64,000 nucleotides of DNA from an uncultured Acidobacteriota bacterium (lineage in GTDB: Bacteria > Acidobacteriota > UBA6911), in assembly GCA_963827655.1 (NCBI GenBank), contig CAWHCF010000043.1, forward strand, positions 32,001 through 96,000. The letters run 5' to 3'. Shown in pieces: positions 31,270 to 44,937 of this stretch. Position numbers and translations under genes: made by a program. Positions within the stretch are counted from its first letter, which is position 1. Each line of letters begins with the position of its first letter. The notes beneath the pieces are model-generated. The model was not told the origin of the DNA. It saw only the letters and a program-made list of their open reading frames with translations, and made no database searches.

Positions 31270-32562
31270 ATGAAGTTTAGCCGTGGTTTGTACGCTAGCC
31301 TGATTTGCCTTACCTTCGCGACTATTTTCGCCCATGCTCCAAGCGCGGCCGGGGGACCGGCAGCCGCTGTCACTTTCAACAAGGACGTGGCTCCGATTCT
31401 GCAGAGGAGCTGCATGACGTGTCACCGTCCCGGCGAAGTCGCGCCCATGTCCCTTCTGACTTACAAAGAAGTGCGCCCGTGGGCCAAGTCGATCCGGGAA
31501 GTCGTGCAGGAGCGCAGGATGCCACCCTGGCCGGCAGATCCGCGCCACGGCGAGTTTTCCAACGACCGCCGCCTCTCCCAGCGCGAGATCGAGACCATTA
31601 CGGCCTGGGTTGAAGGTGGGGCGCGGGAAGGAGACGCCAAAGACCTGCCGCCGAATCCCAAGTTTGTCGAGGGTTGGAGCATCGGTCAGCCGGACGTGAT
31701 CCTCGCCATGACCGAGGAATACAGCGTGCCGGCCGATGGCGTGGTGCCGTACAGGAATTTTGTGGTCCCCACCAATTTCACGGAAGACCGTTACGTGCAG
31801 GCGGCGGAGATCCGGGCGGGAAACCGCGGCGTCGTCCACCATGTGATCGTGAGCGTGCTGGCTCCCACACGAGGGAAGCTCCCTTCGGCCGGGCTGCTAC
31901 GACAAGAGGAAGATCTGACGTCCGAAACAACGCCGGGGCGCGCCACGGTTTCCGGCCTGGTAGGGACGGCTCCGGGGATGCCTCCGCTGATGCTGCCACC
32001 GGGGCAGGCCAAGCTGATCAAGGCAGGCTCGGCGCTCAACTTCCAGATGCACTACACGCCGAACGGCGAGGCGACGAAGGATCGCACCAGTGTCGGCCTT
32101 ATTTTCGCGAAAGCTCCGGTGCAGAAACTGGTTCAAACTGGAGGCGCATTTGGCCGCAATCTAGCGATACCACCGGGCGATCCCAACCATGAGGTCAAGT
32201 CCTCATATACCTTCAAGGAAGATGCCCACCTCACCGGATTTATGCCGCACATGCACTACCGCGGTAAAGATTTCGAGTACCGCGCTGTATTTCCTGATGG
32301 AACCACCAGAATTCTTCTCTCGGTTCCGCGCTACGACTTCAACTGGCAGCTACACTACAAGATCAAAAACCCGATCGCCATACCCAAGGGCACGCGCCTC
32401 GATTGCACCGCACACTTCGATAATTCGGCAGCCAACAAATACAATCCCGATCCGTCCAAGCTGGTCCGGTGGGGTCCCCAGACCTGGGAGGAGATGATGA
32501 TAGGCTGGTTCGACTATACCCTCGATAGCCAGAATCTGACTACCCAGACGGCATCCAAGTAA
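31270..32562 (+). CDS. Cytochrome c-fused copper type II monooxygenase homolog, copy 2
   Basis: CMTCH, VVHH, QMHY, PHMH, EEMM; clear tandem paralog of copy 1. Confidence 0.8.
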   Translation: MKFSRGLYASLICLTFATIFAHAPSAAGGPAAAVTFNKDVAPILQRSCMTCHRPGEVAPMSLLTYKEVRPWAKSIREVVQERRMPPWPADPRHGEFSNDRRLSQREIETITAWVEGGAREGDAKDLPPNPKFVEGWSIGQPDVILAMTEEYSVPADGVVPYRNFVVPTNFTEDRYVQAAEIRAGNRGVVHHVIVSVLAPTRGKLPSAGLLRQEEDLTSETTPGRATVSGLVGTAPGMPPLMLPPGQAKLIKAGSALNFQMHYTPNGEATKDRTSVGLIFAKAPVQKLVQTGGAFGRNLAIPPGDPNHEVKSSYTFKEDAHLTGFMPHMHYRGKDFEYRAVFPDGTTRILLSVPRYDFNWQLHYKIKNPIAIPKGTRLDCTAHFDNSAANKYNPDPSKLVRWGPQTWEEMMIGWFDYTLDSQNLTTQTASK

Positions 32563-32581
32563 GAAAAGGAGAGCAGATCTG

Positions 32582-34079
<1,498 letters not shown>

Positions 34080-34087
<8 letters not shown>

Positions 34088-35813
34088 CCGTCGTTCCACG
34101 GCGCTCTTGGGGTTCCTTTGCGTCGTCGCGTCTTCGGGGTTGAGTTCTTCTGCGGCACTCGACATCAGGCTCCGTGAAATAACTGCGGAGCGCCTCAACC
34201 AGGCCGAGAAGGAAGCCGGTAACTGGCTCACTTACGGCGGAACCTATCGAGCGTGGCGCTACAACCCACTCGACCAGGTCAATGCCTCGAATGTTCACCG
34301 GCTTCGCGCGGCCTGGGCCTTCCAGCTTGGAGAACTCGACGGTGGATTGCAGGCCACGCCGCTGGTGGCTGACGGTGTCATGTACGTCGTAGGCCCGGAA
34401 GACCGCGTTTTCGCGTTGGATGCAGCCAGCGGCAAACCGATCTGGAGCTACTTCTACAAGTACCCCAGAGGGCAGCGCTACGGCTATGGCAACTGGAGCC
34501 GGGGCCTCGCCCTTGGTCACGGCAGCGTTTTTCTCGGAAGCCTTGACAACTTCGTGGTCGCGCTCGATGCCACAACCGGCGAGGAGCTGTGGAAGGTCAA
34601 TGTCGAGGACAGCCGCAAGTTTGGTTGCAACATCACCGGCGCGCCTCTTGTGGTAAAAGATCTGGTACTGGTTGGCTCCACTGGAGGCGACTCAGCGCAT
34701 CGCGGCCACATCGTCGCGTTTGACTGCAAGACAGGAAAGCAACGCTGGCGGTTCAATACGATTCCAGGTCCAGGCGAGAAAGGAAACGAAACCTGGAGCG
34801 GCGACAGCTGGAAGTTCGGCGGAGGTGCTGCCTGGCTGACCGGCTCATACGACCCCGAGCTGGACCTCATATACTGGGGCATCGGAAATCCCGCGGCCGA
34901 TTTCAATGGCGAATTGCGCAAGGGGGACAATCTATACACAGATTGCATCGTGGCGTTGAAACCCGCCACGGGTGAGGTTGCCTGGCATTTCCAGGCAATC
35001 CCTCACGACCTGTGGGACTACGACGCTGCCTACGAGTGTATTCTCCTCGATCTGCCGGTGGATGGAAGATCGCGCAAGCTCCTGCTTCACCCTAACAAAG
35101 GAGGCTTCGTCTGGGTCCTGGATCGCACGAACGGCGAGTTTATCGCCGGATGGAAATACATGGACAGCCTCAACTGGAGCACCGGTCTTGATGCCAGGGG
35201 CGTCCCGCAAGGGAGAAACGAACCGGAGCTCGGCAAACCGAAAGTAATCTGTCCGAGTTGGAGTGGAGCGCGCAGCTGGAATCATGCCGCATACAGCCCA
35301 CGGACCGGACTGCTTTACAATATCGGCGTTGAATGGTGCGGCGAGTACACCGTCAGACCTGCGAAGCCCAGCGAAGGACATGGTTATCTGGGCGGGTTCG
35401 TGACCAGGGCGTATCCTCCATCGGGAAAAGTCACCACTCACCTCGATGCGCATGACCCGCTCACCGGCAAGAAGAGTTGGACCTTCGAATCGAAGTATCC
35501 TCTCCTGGCTTCCCTTCTCTCCACCGGAGGCGACCTTGTTTTCACGGGCAACCCTGAAGGAGATTTTTTCGCGCTCGATGCGAAGACGGGCAAGAAGCTG
35601 TGGAGCTTTCCCACGGGCTCCGGTCACCGCGGATCACCGATCACATACGCGGTGGGAGGCAAGCAGTATGTGGCAACTCCTTCGGGCTGGGGCGGCCTCG
35701 CAGCGCGGGCGCTGGCCGCGTATTGGCCGGAGACCGCACAGCTGACTTCGGGAGCGACCATCTTTGCGTTTACTCTGCCAGAGAGCGATACAGCAACCAA
35801 AAAATTACGATGA
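34080..35813 (+). CDS. PQQ-type beta-propeller dehydrogenase (alcohol dehydrogenase-like), exported
   Basis: NWLTYGG, QATPLV, ALDA..G..W repeats, [29 protein letters not shown]. Confidence 0.88.
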
Positions 35814-35869
35814 CGGCCAAGCGTCTTTGCGCCTTAGCGGTAGATCATTGCTTGGCGGGAGGCATCTAC

Positions 35870-36793
35870 ATGCAGCGGATTTTCGCAGCGGGAACTGGAA
35901 TTCTCTTCCTCGGCTTCTTATCGGGAGCGGCCGCTCAGCAGGATAGATTGCAGGGACGCTGGGAGGGGACGGTTCAGGCCCCACAGGGACAGATGCCTGC
36001 CAGAGCTTCCTTCAAGAAGGAGGGGGACGCGTACAGGGGCACAGTAAGCGGATTACGCGGCGACGTGGCCTTCAAGGAAATCAAGCTTGATGGGGCCAGA
36101 GTGATTGCCATTGCAGAAGTACAGACGCCTCAGGGAAACCTCCCCGTCAACTATGAGTTCCTGCTCGAAGGGGAAACTCTAAAAGGAAAGGCAGAGGCCA
36201 GTTTCGCCGGCCAGACCTTTTCTTTCGTTTTCGATCTGAAGCGGATCTCCACCGAGGTCCCTGATCTCCAGGCCTCGCCCCCGCAGGCCGCGCCTCAGCC
36301 GCAGGGAGCGCGCAGAGAATCAGTGCCTCAGCCTTTGCAGCAGCAGAAGCTTGAATATTTCCAGGGCCAGTGGAAATTCAAATGGCTGGGGATGGAAAGC
36401 CTCCTGGGTCCCGGTGGACCCAGGGAAGGGACCCTGACTTACACTCCGATTATGGAAGGGAAATTCCTGGAAGGACGGGCCGAAGGAAAGTCCGAGGGCG
36501 GTGATTTCCGGGAGATCAATTACCTGACCTGGGATCCCGACGGAAAGGTTCTGACGTCCTTTGAACAGCGGGCTGCGGGAGCCGCGCTGCTCGGATTGGG
36601 AGACTGGAAGAGCCCGATAGCCATTCGTTTCACTATCACACCCTTGAAGGTCAAGGGACAGAGCCTTCAGCTCAAGCGAGTCGTAAACATTGTCGCCGCT
36701 CATTCCTATACCGTGACCGAGGAATTGTCAGTGGATGGAGGGCCGTTCCAGAGATTGGGCAACGGAGTTTTCACAAGGGTTGAAGCGAAGTAG
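35870..36793 (+). CDS. Secreted hypothetical protein with two probable beta-barrel domains
   Basis: GGAGG RBS, signal peptide, G.W.G motifs starting each domain, Pro/Gln linker. Confidence 0.7.
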   Translation: MQRIFAAGTGILFLGFLSGAAAQQDRLQGRWEGTVQAPQGQMPARASFKKEGDAYRGTVSGLRGDVAFKEIKLDGARVIAIAEVQTPQGNLPVNYEFLLEGETLKGKAEASFAGQTFSFVFDLKRISTEVPDLQASPPQAAPQPQGARRESVPQPLQQQKLEYFQGQWKFKWLGMESLLGPGGPREGTLTYTPIMEGKFLEGRAEGKSEGGDFREINYLTWDPDGKVLTSFEQRAAGAALLGLGDWKSPIAIRFTITPLKVKGQSLQLKRVVNIVAAHSYTVTEELSVDGGPFQRLGNGVFTRVEAK

Positions 36794-36795
36794 CC

Positions 36796-37164
36796 ATGGT
36801 TCGTAGCAAGAACCAATGCCAGGCCGAGAAGAAGGGCCGTGCCATAAGGGGATGGAAACGGCTCGTGATCTTCTCCGCGCTAGGCGTTGTCCTCAGCGCG
36901 GGCAGCTTGATGGCGTATCAAGCATACATGACCAAGGCGAAGAAGTTTGGCGCCGAGGATTGCCTGTTCTGTCACGTACAGGAAAATGGCGGCGTTGGCT
37001 GGAATGAACGGGGCGACTGGCTGATCGACGAGAAGGCGAAGCGCAAGGCGGAGAAGATTGACGTGGACTGGCTGATCGACTACAACCCGGACGGAAACGA
37101 CGGGAGCAAGAAACCGCCGGCTGAGGAAAAGAGCGAGAAGAAGCCGGCCTTCGCGATCTTTTAG
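36796..37164 (+). CDS. Small monoheme c-type cytochrome
   Basis: Signal/TM segment and single CLFCH. Confidence 0.65.
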   Translation: MVRSKNQCQAEKKGRAIRGWKRLVIFSALGVVLSAGSLMAYQAYMTKAKKFGAEDCLFCHVQENGGVGWNERGDWLIDEKAKRKAEKIDVDWLIDYNPDGNDGSKKPPAEEKSEKKPAFAIF

Positions 37165-37246
37165 GCGCTTATGGCTCCATTGTTACCGGCATGTTCATCC
37201 AAAACAAACATCCTCATGGCCGCGCCATTCTGTTACACTCGCTCGC

Positions 37247-37468
37247 ATGAAGACGCCTGATCTGTCAGAGATATTCCTTTCCGATCCCGACATTCTTGGG
37301 GGTACTCCGGTTTTTGTCGGCACCCGGGTGCCTGTCCAGAGTCTGTTCGAACACCTCAAAGCGGGCGATTCGATCGACGACTTCCTCGAAGGATTTCCGA
37401 GTGTCCGGCGCGACCAGATAATCGCGCTGCTCGAAGTGTCAAGCCGGGAGCTTTTGCGAACTGCCTGA
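37247..37468 (+). CDS. DUF433 antitoxin
   Basis: DPDILGGTPVFVGTRVPV...FLEGFPSV; TG-n-TACACT 7 nt before ATG suggests leaderless mRNA. Confidence 0.9.
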   Translation: MKTPDLSEIFLSDPDILGGTPVFVGTRVPVQSLFEHLKAGDSIDDFLEGFPSVRRDQIIALLEVSSRELLRTA

Positions 37469-37469
37469 G

Positions 37470-37790
37470 GTGAAAATCCTCCTCGACGAGAATCTCGACT
37501 GGCGCTTGTGGCGCGAGTTGCCGGGGCACCCTGTCCAATCCGTGTCCTTGATCGGATGGGCGGGACTCAAAAATAGCGAACTGCTGAAGCGCGCCAGTCG
37601 AGAATACGATGTGTTGATTACCATGGACGCCAACCTCGCGTTCCAGCAAGACGTCGCCCAATTCGAAATTGCAGTCATAGTCTTGAAGGCCCCCAACAAC
37701 CGTCTTGCCGAGACGGGCCCACTGATGCCTAAAGTCCTGGCACTGCTGCCCACCCTCAAAGCGGGCACGCTTACAATTGTTTCCACATGA
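37470..37790 (+). CDS. DUF5615 PIN-like toxin
   Basis: MKILLDENL, GWAGLKNSELL, LITMDANL. Confidence 0.88.
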   Translation: MKILLDENLDWRLWRELPGHPVQSVSLIGWAGLKNSELLKRASREYDVLITMDANLAFQQDVAQFEIAVIVLKAPNNRLAETGPLMPKVLALLPTLKAGTLTIVST

Positions 37791-37832
37791 CAGGCGACTT
37801 TCGAGAGCATTTGCAGTGAGTCTCGGAAGAGT

Positions 37833-39329
37833 CTAAAGCCCGTCCAGTGAGAAGGCGTAGAGTTTGTTATTAGGTTTACCGACTCGAAGGAAGGTGTAGC
37901 CCGACCCGACGTAGAGCACGCCGTCCACCACGCTCGGGCCGCCGCCGACAGCGCCGCCGGTATCGAATTCCCATAGAATCCGTCCGTCCTTGCCATCATA
38001 GGCCCGGATGAAACCTGCCGAGCTTCCCGCGAAAACCAGGCGATTCTCGGCAGGCCCTGTGACGACGATGGGTCCATAGTTCGGTCGTTTGTCCGGAGTC
38101 GGAGTATTCCATAGAATCTTGCCGGTAGCTCCATCGAGCATCACGATTGCGCCCCCTTTCATGGGATGCGCCTGAGCGACGTACAGCCGCTCTCCATCGG
38201 TTGCGCTGCCGAATTGTACGCCGCCGAGCGCGCTTCCTGGCCCGATTTCGGTTTTCCAGACCGGGGCTCCGGAGGCGGCGTCCACGGCGTGGACCCATCC
38301 GCTCTTCTGCGCGGCGCCCAGGACCTTGCTGCCGTTGGGACCCTTCAGCGCCAGCGGCGTCGTTCCGAAATCGAAATCGGGGCCGCAATCGCGGCAACCT
38401 ATGACGAACACGTCGGAGGGTCTTGCCTGGTACGACCACACCAGCTTCCCCGTATCCATGGTGATCGCTACGATCGAGTCGACAAGCTTGGTATCTTCGC
38501 CCGAATACTGATTGCCGGTCGTGAAATAGATGCGGTTCGCTGCCGGATCCAGCCCGACCGACGACCAGACCGCGATACCGGAAGGGCCAAGGATCGCGCG
38601 CCCGCTCGCATCTTCGCCCAGCTTTTTAGGCTCTTCCGGGATGGTGTAAAAACGCCACAACTGTTTGCCGGTCTTGGCATCGAACGAAGCCACGCCGCCG
38701 CGAAAGGAACAGCAGGAATAGTCCTTCTGTCTTCGAGGCTCTCCTTCTTCGTGCGACGAAACCCCGATGTAGATTCGGCCCTGGTGAACCTTGGGCGAGC
38801 TGGTGACGACTGCTTTGGGATGGGGATCGATTCTCTCCGACCATTTAAGGGTGCCGGTTCCGGCGTCAACGGCATGAAGACGTCCAGACAGATCACCGAA
38901 GTACACGACGCCGTTGTCGTAGGCTGCGCTGGCGCGTGACGGAATGCCGCAGTCGTATTCCCAGACTTTCTTGCCGGTCCTGGCATCGACAGCGTACTCC
39001 TTGCCGTCCCACGATCCGAAATAGACGATGCCGTCCACGACAATAGGCTGGCTCGAGACGTCCCCGCCGGTCTCGAAGATCCACTTGGGCTTCAGTCGTG
39101 AGATGTTTTCGGGCGTGAGAATTTTTTCGTCAGGATTGTAATGCGTGCCAGCTATGTCCCGGCCGAACATGGGCCAGTTCGTGGCGGGAGATTTTGACCG
39201 CTGTTGGACCGATCGTGAGAAACCAGTCAGCGTGCCAAGAAGCAGGGCCAGGCCCACCAGACAAATCTTCGCTTTTCTTAGCGTCTTCGTGTCTTCGTGG
39301 TTGTCCAATCTGCAATCCGCAATCCGCAA
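37833..39329 (-). CDS. PQQ-binding beta-propeller protein (polyvinyl-alcohol-dehydrogenase-like); start uncertain
   Basis: WPMFG, GVSSHEE, CCSFRG, TTGNQY, GPDFDFG, AQKSG. Confidence 0.85.
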   Translation of the reverse strand: MRIADCRLDNHEDTKTLRKAKICLVGLALLLGTLTGFSRSVQQRSKSPATNWPMFGRDIAGTHYNPDEKILTPENISRLKPKWIFETGGDVSSQPIVVDGIVYFGSWDGKEYAVDARTGKKVWEYDCGIPSRASAAYDNGVVYFGDLSGRLHAVDAGTGTLKWSERIDPHPKAVVTSSPKVHQGRIYIGVSSHEEGEPRRQKDYSCCSFRGGVASFDAKTGKQLWRFYTIPEEPKKLGEDASGRAILGPSGIAVWSSVGLDPAANRIYFTTGNQYSGEDTKLVDSIVAITMDTGKLVWSYQARPSDVFVIGCRDCGPDFDFGTTPLALKGPNGSKVLGAAQKSGWVHAVDAASGAPVWKTEIGPGSALGGVQFGSATDGERLYVAQAHPMKGGAIVMLDGATGKILWNTPTPDKRPNYGPIVVTGPAENRLVFAGSSAGFIRAYDGKDGRILWEFDTGGAVGGGPSVVDGVLYVGSGYTFLRVGKPNNKLYAFSLDGL

Positions 39330-39341
39330 TCCGCAATCGGG

Positions 39342-40877
39342 TTAATCCGCGCGCACCCAACCGGCCACGCTGTCGGTGGAGTAGTAGGCGGCTTCATCCG
39401 TGAAGGCTCTTTTCTTGAATTTGTCGACCGCGTCGGCGGGAAGCGCCTTACGCGCCGCTTTGACGTCGACCTTGTACAATTTGGCTGCGTTCAGCCCGAA
39501 GACCCTGGCCTTGTCTTCCTTGGTAAGCTTCTTGTAACCGAACTTTTCCGTCATCTCGTCGGTGAACTGGAAGCGTTTGAACAGATCAATGGCCCACTGA
39601 GGAGAACCCCACCAGAGGCAGTCGGTGCCCCAAACGACGTGGTCCGACCCGTAGTGCTTGATGTTCTTGCCCATCAAGTGCTGGCACATCTCGGGATTCT
39701 CGACAGCCAGCAGGCCAAACGACGATCCGATCTCGCAATACACATTCGTGATTTGAGGGTTACGCCGCTTGATATCCATCAGCACGTTGTGCCACAAGAA
39801 ATCGCCGGTGGTCGGGTCGAACTGGTTTTCCTTGATGTAATTCGGCTCGTTGGGACCATGTTTAAGCGCCGAATGATAGATCACAAAGGTCAAATCGGGA
39901 TTCTCCAGGGCCGCTCTTTCTACATCCTTGGGGTTTGCCAGATGGCCCAGAGTGCGCGATTGATAAGAGAAACCCTTGTGGACGCTGAAGTGCCTGATTC
40001 CAAGCTCCCGGGATTTCTCGTAAAACTTGGCCGACATCTCGTCATCGAGCTGAAAGCCGCCGCCGCTGGCGCCGGGATCTGTGTGGCAATACCACTTCCA
40101 CGAATCGATCCCATAGAGTTTCGCCTCTCGCTCCATCTGCTCGTAGAGCGCCGGCCAGTCCGGTTTATCGGTAGACTTGTTCCAGTAGTGATTGGGCGCG
40201 ACATTGCCCTGACACAGCGCGCGCTGCGAACCCGCCAGGTCATTGATGTCTTTCATGCGTCTCGACATTAACCAGCTCGGAAGTCCTGCCCTGCTGCGCG
40301 CGACACCCTCGAGCACTTTCCCATTTTCGTCTCGCTGCTTCTCCCGGTTGGGCACGCCGCTGATCACCGCCACGCTTGTTTCACTGTCGAAGAAGATTTC
40401 TTGAATGAAATTGTGGAAGCTGTACGCCTCGGCGTCCGCCTTCAGGTTGACACCCATGTTCTTGAGAAACTCATACTGCCGGAAACCACCTCCCACTCCT
40501 GTTCGCTCCTGCCCGATGTCATAGGTGTTGGTGAAGTGGGTCTGCACATCGATGATGAAGTATTCGCCCTTCGGCCATTTCTCGGCCGTCGCGGCGGGTT
40601 CAAAAGCTTCAACCGGGTCGACTTCCCAATAATTTCCAAACACCGTGTTGCTGGCTAGCAGGGCGGTCGCGAATCCCATCGATGTGCGCATGAAGTCACG
40701 CCGTTCCATTCCCACTCGTTTGGCGTTTTCTTCACCCCAGCTTCCAATCAGATGTTCGAGCCGTTTCTGTTTCTTGTTCTGCGGCCGCGGGAGGATCTCT
40801 TCGTTGGAAACCACCTGGGTCGGTATGGGAGAACAAACGCCTTTTTTTCTGTCTCGCGCATATTTTGGAATCCACAT
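39342..40877 (-). CDS. Amidohydrolase family protein, copy 2 (close paralog of 32582-34087)
   Basis: Long identical blocks e.g. [48 protein letters not shown]; AGGAGG RBS. Confidence 0.87.
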   Translation of the reverse strand: MWIPKYARDRKKGVCSPIPTQVVSNEEILPRPQNKKQKRLEHLIGSWGEENAKRVGMERRDFMRTSMGFATALLASNTVFGNYWEVDPVEAFEPAATAEKWPKGEYFIIDVQTHFTNTYDIGQERTGVGGGFRQYEFLKNMGVNLKADAEAYSFHNFIQEIFFDSETSVAVISGVPNREKQRDENGKVLEGVARSRAGLPSWLMSRRMKDINDLAGSQRALCQGNVAPNHYWNKSTDKPDWPALYEQMEREAKLYGIDSWKWYCHTDPGASGGGFQLDDEMSAKFYEKSRELGIRHFSVHKGFSYQSRTLGHLANPKDVERAALENPDLTFVIYHSALKHGPNEPNYIKENQFDPTTGDFLWHNVLMDIKRRNPQITNVYCEIGSSFGLLAVENPEMCQHLMGKNIKHYGSDHVVWGTDCLWWGSPQWAIDLFKRFQFTDEMTEKFGYKKLTKEDKARVFGLNAAKLYKVDVKAARKALPADAVDKFKKRAFTDEAAYYSTDSVAGWVRAD

Positions 40878-41032
40878 ATGACTTCCTCCTTCGGCGACCA
40901 ACGCTACCGTGAAGTTTTCACGATACTAGGGGCGCGCCCGAGATGAAGTCAAGCAGGAAGCCTCGGTAACATTCGCGTCTGCGGCTGAGTGATCAACCAG
41001 GTAGCGGAGTTAGGGACGTCTTTTCGTAACTT

Positions 41033-44000
41033 TCAAAAAACCAGCTTCAGGCCGAACTGCATTTCACGTGGATTGTTGACCGTGTTCGTGATTCTCCCGT
41101 AAGCTCCGCTGGCAGGGTTCAGCGTCGGGGCGCCGAACTGGGCTCGATTGAGAGCATTGAACATCTCCCAGCGGAATTCCGTGCGAAAGCGGTCCGTTAT
41201 AGCAATCTTCTTTCCCAGCGCAAAATCCCAGTTATTGATGGCGTCTCCCTGAAGTCGCGCCAGGCGCACGGATAAGGTGCGAAGGGTAAACGCCGGCTGC
41301 ACGGCGAACGCCTTCGGGATTGAACCATCCGTCGATGGAACGCTCATCAGGGCCGAGACGTGGATCCTCGCCCGTGTAAACCGTGCCCGAGGGCAACAGC
41401 AGCGCCTGGCCGCTCTGGAATACCTGGATGACCGAAACCTGCCATCCGCCCAGCAGCTTCCCTTTTACCCCGGACTGGTCGCGATAAGGCAAATCCCAAA
41501 CGCCCGCGAAGGTGAATCGGTGCGGGCGCCACAGGTCACCGATTGCCTTGGAGGGAGCGGGATCACTGTCGTTCAGGAACTGAACCTTCTCGATCTGACG
41601 CTGGAAGGTGTAGCTCGAAAGGAATTGAAAGCCACGGGAGAAGCGTTTGGTGAGCGAGGCCTGACCGCCATGGTAGTACGCCCGCCCGATAGTTTCCCGC
41701 TGAATCTGAAGCTGGCCCACGTGGGGGAAGGTCGTAAGCAGATTCTGTTTCGAGATCGTCGGCGCGCCCAGCGTTAGATTGCTGGGGATAAGGCCGAAGA
41801 AGGGGTTCGTAACGCGCTGGCTCAGGCCGGCGCCGAGCGCGAGATGTTCAGCAGGCAGATAGTGCAGCTCGCGATTCATTTCGCCGCCGCTGCCCGCGCC
41901 GTTGTTTCCAACGTAAAGGCTCTGCGCAGTGCTGCCGACGTAGTTCACCTCGAGGCGCAGATTCGAGCTCAGTTCCTGCTGGATGCCGAGTTCCCAGCGT
42001 TCGTTGTAGGGCGAATGGCGAAACTGGGAGTAGACGGCAACATTGGTTCCAAGCAGGGTCAGAGAGGCCCTGCGAATTGCCGGGAGGCGCAATGAGTCCG
42101 TTGGGGAACGGATTGCTTAGCAGGTCGGCGGGCGTGATTCCGTCCAGCGTCGATACCATCGGGGTATCGGAGGAGAAACCGTTCTGGCGCACAAACGGGG
42201 CCGGCCAGTAGCTGTAGAAGAGTCCGTAGCCGCCGCGCACCACCGTTTTGTCGGTAGCGCGGTAGGCGAAGCCGAATCGCGGGCTCCAGTCGTTCATGTC
42301 GGTCGGGGCATAGCGGCGGTTGTCAGGGGTGGCAAAGAGCAATCCACCTTCGACTCGAAAGAGGTCGACGGGCAGCTCGGGAATCGGGGACTGCGCATAG
42401 TTGGCGCGGGCCTGCGCCTCGATCGGATTGGGCTGGCCGAACGCCCAGCCAATGACGGAGCGGTTGAACCGCTCGGTCGCGGCCGGGTTCAGCTCGTAGC
42501 GGATTCCAATGTTGAGGGTCAGTCGCGACGACACTCGGATGTCATCCTGGAAATAGAAGCCATAATAGGGAGACTGCGGTGCGTTGGAGACGTTCAGGGT
42601 CGTGAAGCCGCTGGCGGGAGTGGCGACCAGGAACGACGCGATGCCGGACCCGATGGCCGATCCGGTCGTGTTAGGATCCGGCCCTTGGGTGAACCCGCGA
42701 TTGAAGGTGAAGTTCCCGGCCGGCGAATTGGCTCCCTGCGAGTTGTTCTGCTTCACCTGGGTCTGATGTCCGAATTTCAAGTTATGCCGTCCGCGGATCA
42801 GGTTCATGCTGGCCGACCAGGCGAACGTATTGGTGTGCTCGTACCAGCTCCCTTCGAGCGCGCCGACAAACACCATGTCGCTGTTGCTGAGCCGCGGCAC
42901 CTTGACCTGCTGAAGCGAGTTGACGAAGGAAGGAGCAAACCCGAGTGTGGAGATATCGTAGTCAGGCTGCGTCCCCTCCTGGGTCCATCGGGTGAAGCCG
43001 CCGTTGACTGTGAGCATTGTGGTCGACCCGAATGCAATGGTATCTCCGACTCCAACCGAAGTCTGGACCCGGTTGTTCAGGTTCAAGCCACCGACCGGTA
43101 CCTGGTAATCGCTGGCCTGCGGGGTCTTCGACATCGAAAAGCGCCCGAACAGCCGTTGGGTCGTCCCCAGACTGTGATCGAGCCGGACGGTGAAGTTGTC
43201 GATCGGCTGCTCAGTCACCACCACCTTGGCATGATTGTTGGTACCACTATTGGGATCGCCCGGCCGGTTCGGGAGAGGCACGAACGTCTTGATAATGTTC
43301 TGTGCCACCGGGTCCATCCGGTTTGACGGGATGACGTTGCCGGGAAACTGATCCCGGATGAAGCGGCCGGCCTGGGCGGGATCGGGTCGGGTGGAGAACG
43401 GGTCATAGATCCGGATCAGCTGCCCGGCCGCATTGAATGTCTGCGAAAAATCGCCCCGGCGTTCGAATTCCGAAGGAACGGTAAAAATGGTATTGCTGGG
43501 CCGGGTTGATTTCACTCCTTCGTAATTGAAGAACCAGAAAGTCTTGTTCTTGATGATCGGCCCCCCGACGGCAGCCCCGAACTGGTTGTACCGCAGCGCC
43601 GGCTTGGCAATTCCGGACCGATTGTTGAAGAAGCTGTTGGCATTCAAGGCGTCGTTACGCAGAAACTCATAGACGGTCCCCTGGATTCGATTGGTCCCGC
43701 TCTTGGTGGAGACGTTGATATAGGCGCCGCCCGAGTGCCCGTACTCCGAGTCGAACGAGTTGGTCTGGATATTGAATTCCTGAACCTGATCGACCGGCGG
43801 AATGTAGGCTACGCGGTCCGAGACATTGTTGGGAACGCCGTCCATCAGGAACTCGTTCATCCGCTGATTGGCCCCGTTGGTGGAAAAATAAGACGTCCCG
43901 CTGATCTCGTTGAGGGAGCTTGGCGCCGGATTTGCCGTCTGAACGATCCCCGCGGAAAGCACCGCCAGCTGCAGGACATTCCGCCCGGCGAGCGGCAAAT

Positions 44001-44430
44001 CTGCTACATAACGATTATTGACGCTCGTACTGATTGATGCCGTGCTCGTCTCCAGCACGGGCGCGTCGGTCTGGACCTCGATCACTTCGCGTACCTCTCC
44101 CACTTCCAGCCGGATATCAACGCGTGATCTTGCGTCCGAGCTCGACCGTGATCGTCTGCACGAACTTCTTGAATCCTGCGAGCTCGGCCTCCAACGGTAG
44201 TTTCCGACCGGGACCAGGTTGAAGAAGAAGACCCCCTGCTCGTTCGCCAACGCGGTTCGCGTTTCGTTGGTGTTGGTATTGGTGAGGACCACGTTCGTGC
44301 CAGGAAGTATCGCTGCCGAAGTGTCGGTGACGGCGCCATCAACCGACCCGGTCGGGACTACCTGGGCCGTTGCGGCCGATACCATGAAAACAAGCAGCGC
44401 GAGAGAGACGATAGAAGCTGACTTGGTCAT
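41033..44430 (-). CDS. TonB-dependent receptor, several frameshifts (about 44190/44125, 42065, 41290)
   Basis: LPLAGRN, SEYGHSGG, KSGTN, NDWSPRFG, C-terminal PREMQFGLKLVF. Confidence 0.88.
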
Positions 44431-44591
44431 TCGGTGCCTCCGCCATTAGATGGTTTTGGGAAGCGATACTCGCGGTGACCCAGGCGAGGTGTCAAGAAGA
44501 AAAGGATTCGTCGTGTCCTAGCGTCTTAGTGGCCGCTTTTGTTTTCACCCGCTGCGCCGCAGACCTGGGTCGCCTACATTCGTCCGGAGAT

Positions 44592-44603
44592 TTGTGTACA
44601 CAA
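44592..44603. promoter_or_regulatory. Palindrome TTGTGTACACAA, probable TA autoregulatory operator
   Basis: Perfect 12-bp palindrome about 55 bp upstream of the antitoxin gene. Confidence 0.5.
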
Positions 44604-44658
44604 TCGTTGATCTCCCGTATCGGGTTCTGTACTCTTTGGTGATGGAAGGAACGCCGCT

Positions 44659-44937
44659 GTGCGCGTAGCAGGAGTCCGCGAATTCCGAAACCGAGCGCCG
44701 GAGCTTCTCCAAGGCCGCGACATCGTGTTCGTGACCCGCCACGGCAAGCTCTCGGGAGTCCTGGTTCCGTTGGCCGACCCGACAGAGCTTCCTGTCGAGT
44801 TTCGCAAGGAGATTCTCCGTCGGTTGGGGACGGCGATAGCCCGCGATCTCAAGAGTAAAGGAGTGACCGAGAGAAAGGCCCAGAGTGACTTCGAAGCCTG
44901 GCGGAACGCCCGTCGATCGCGTCGCAGCCGACGCTAA
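44659..44937 (+). CDS. Phd/YefM family antitoxin
   Basis: GVREFRN...VFVTRHGK..GVLVP. Confidence 0.8.
   Translation: MRVAGVREFRNRAPELLQGRDIVFVTRHGKLSGVLVPLADPTELPVEFRKEILRRLGTAIARDLKSKGVTERKAQSDFEAWRNARRSRRSRR

Noticed and set aside
36796-37164. RiPP precursor for the copper monooxygenases
   Set aside because: Has a signal segment and CxxCH typical of a cytochrome; no short Gly-terminated precursor or dedicated exporter seen
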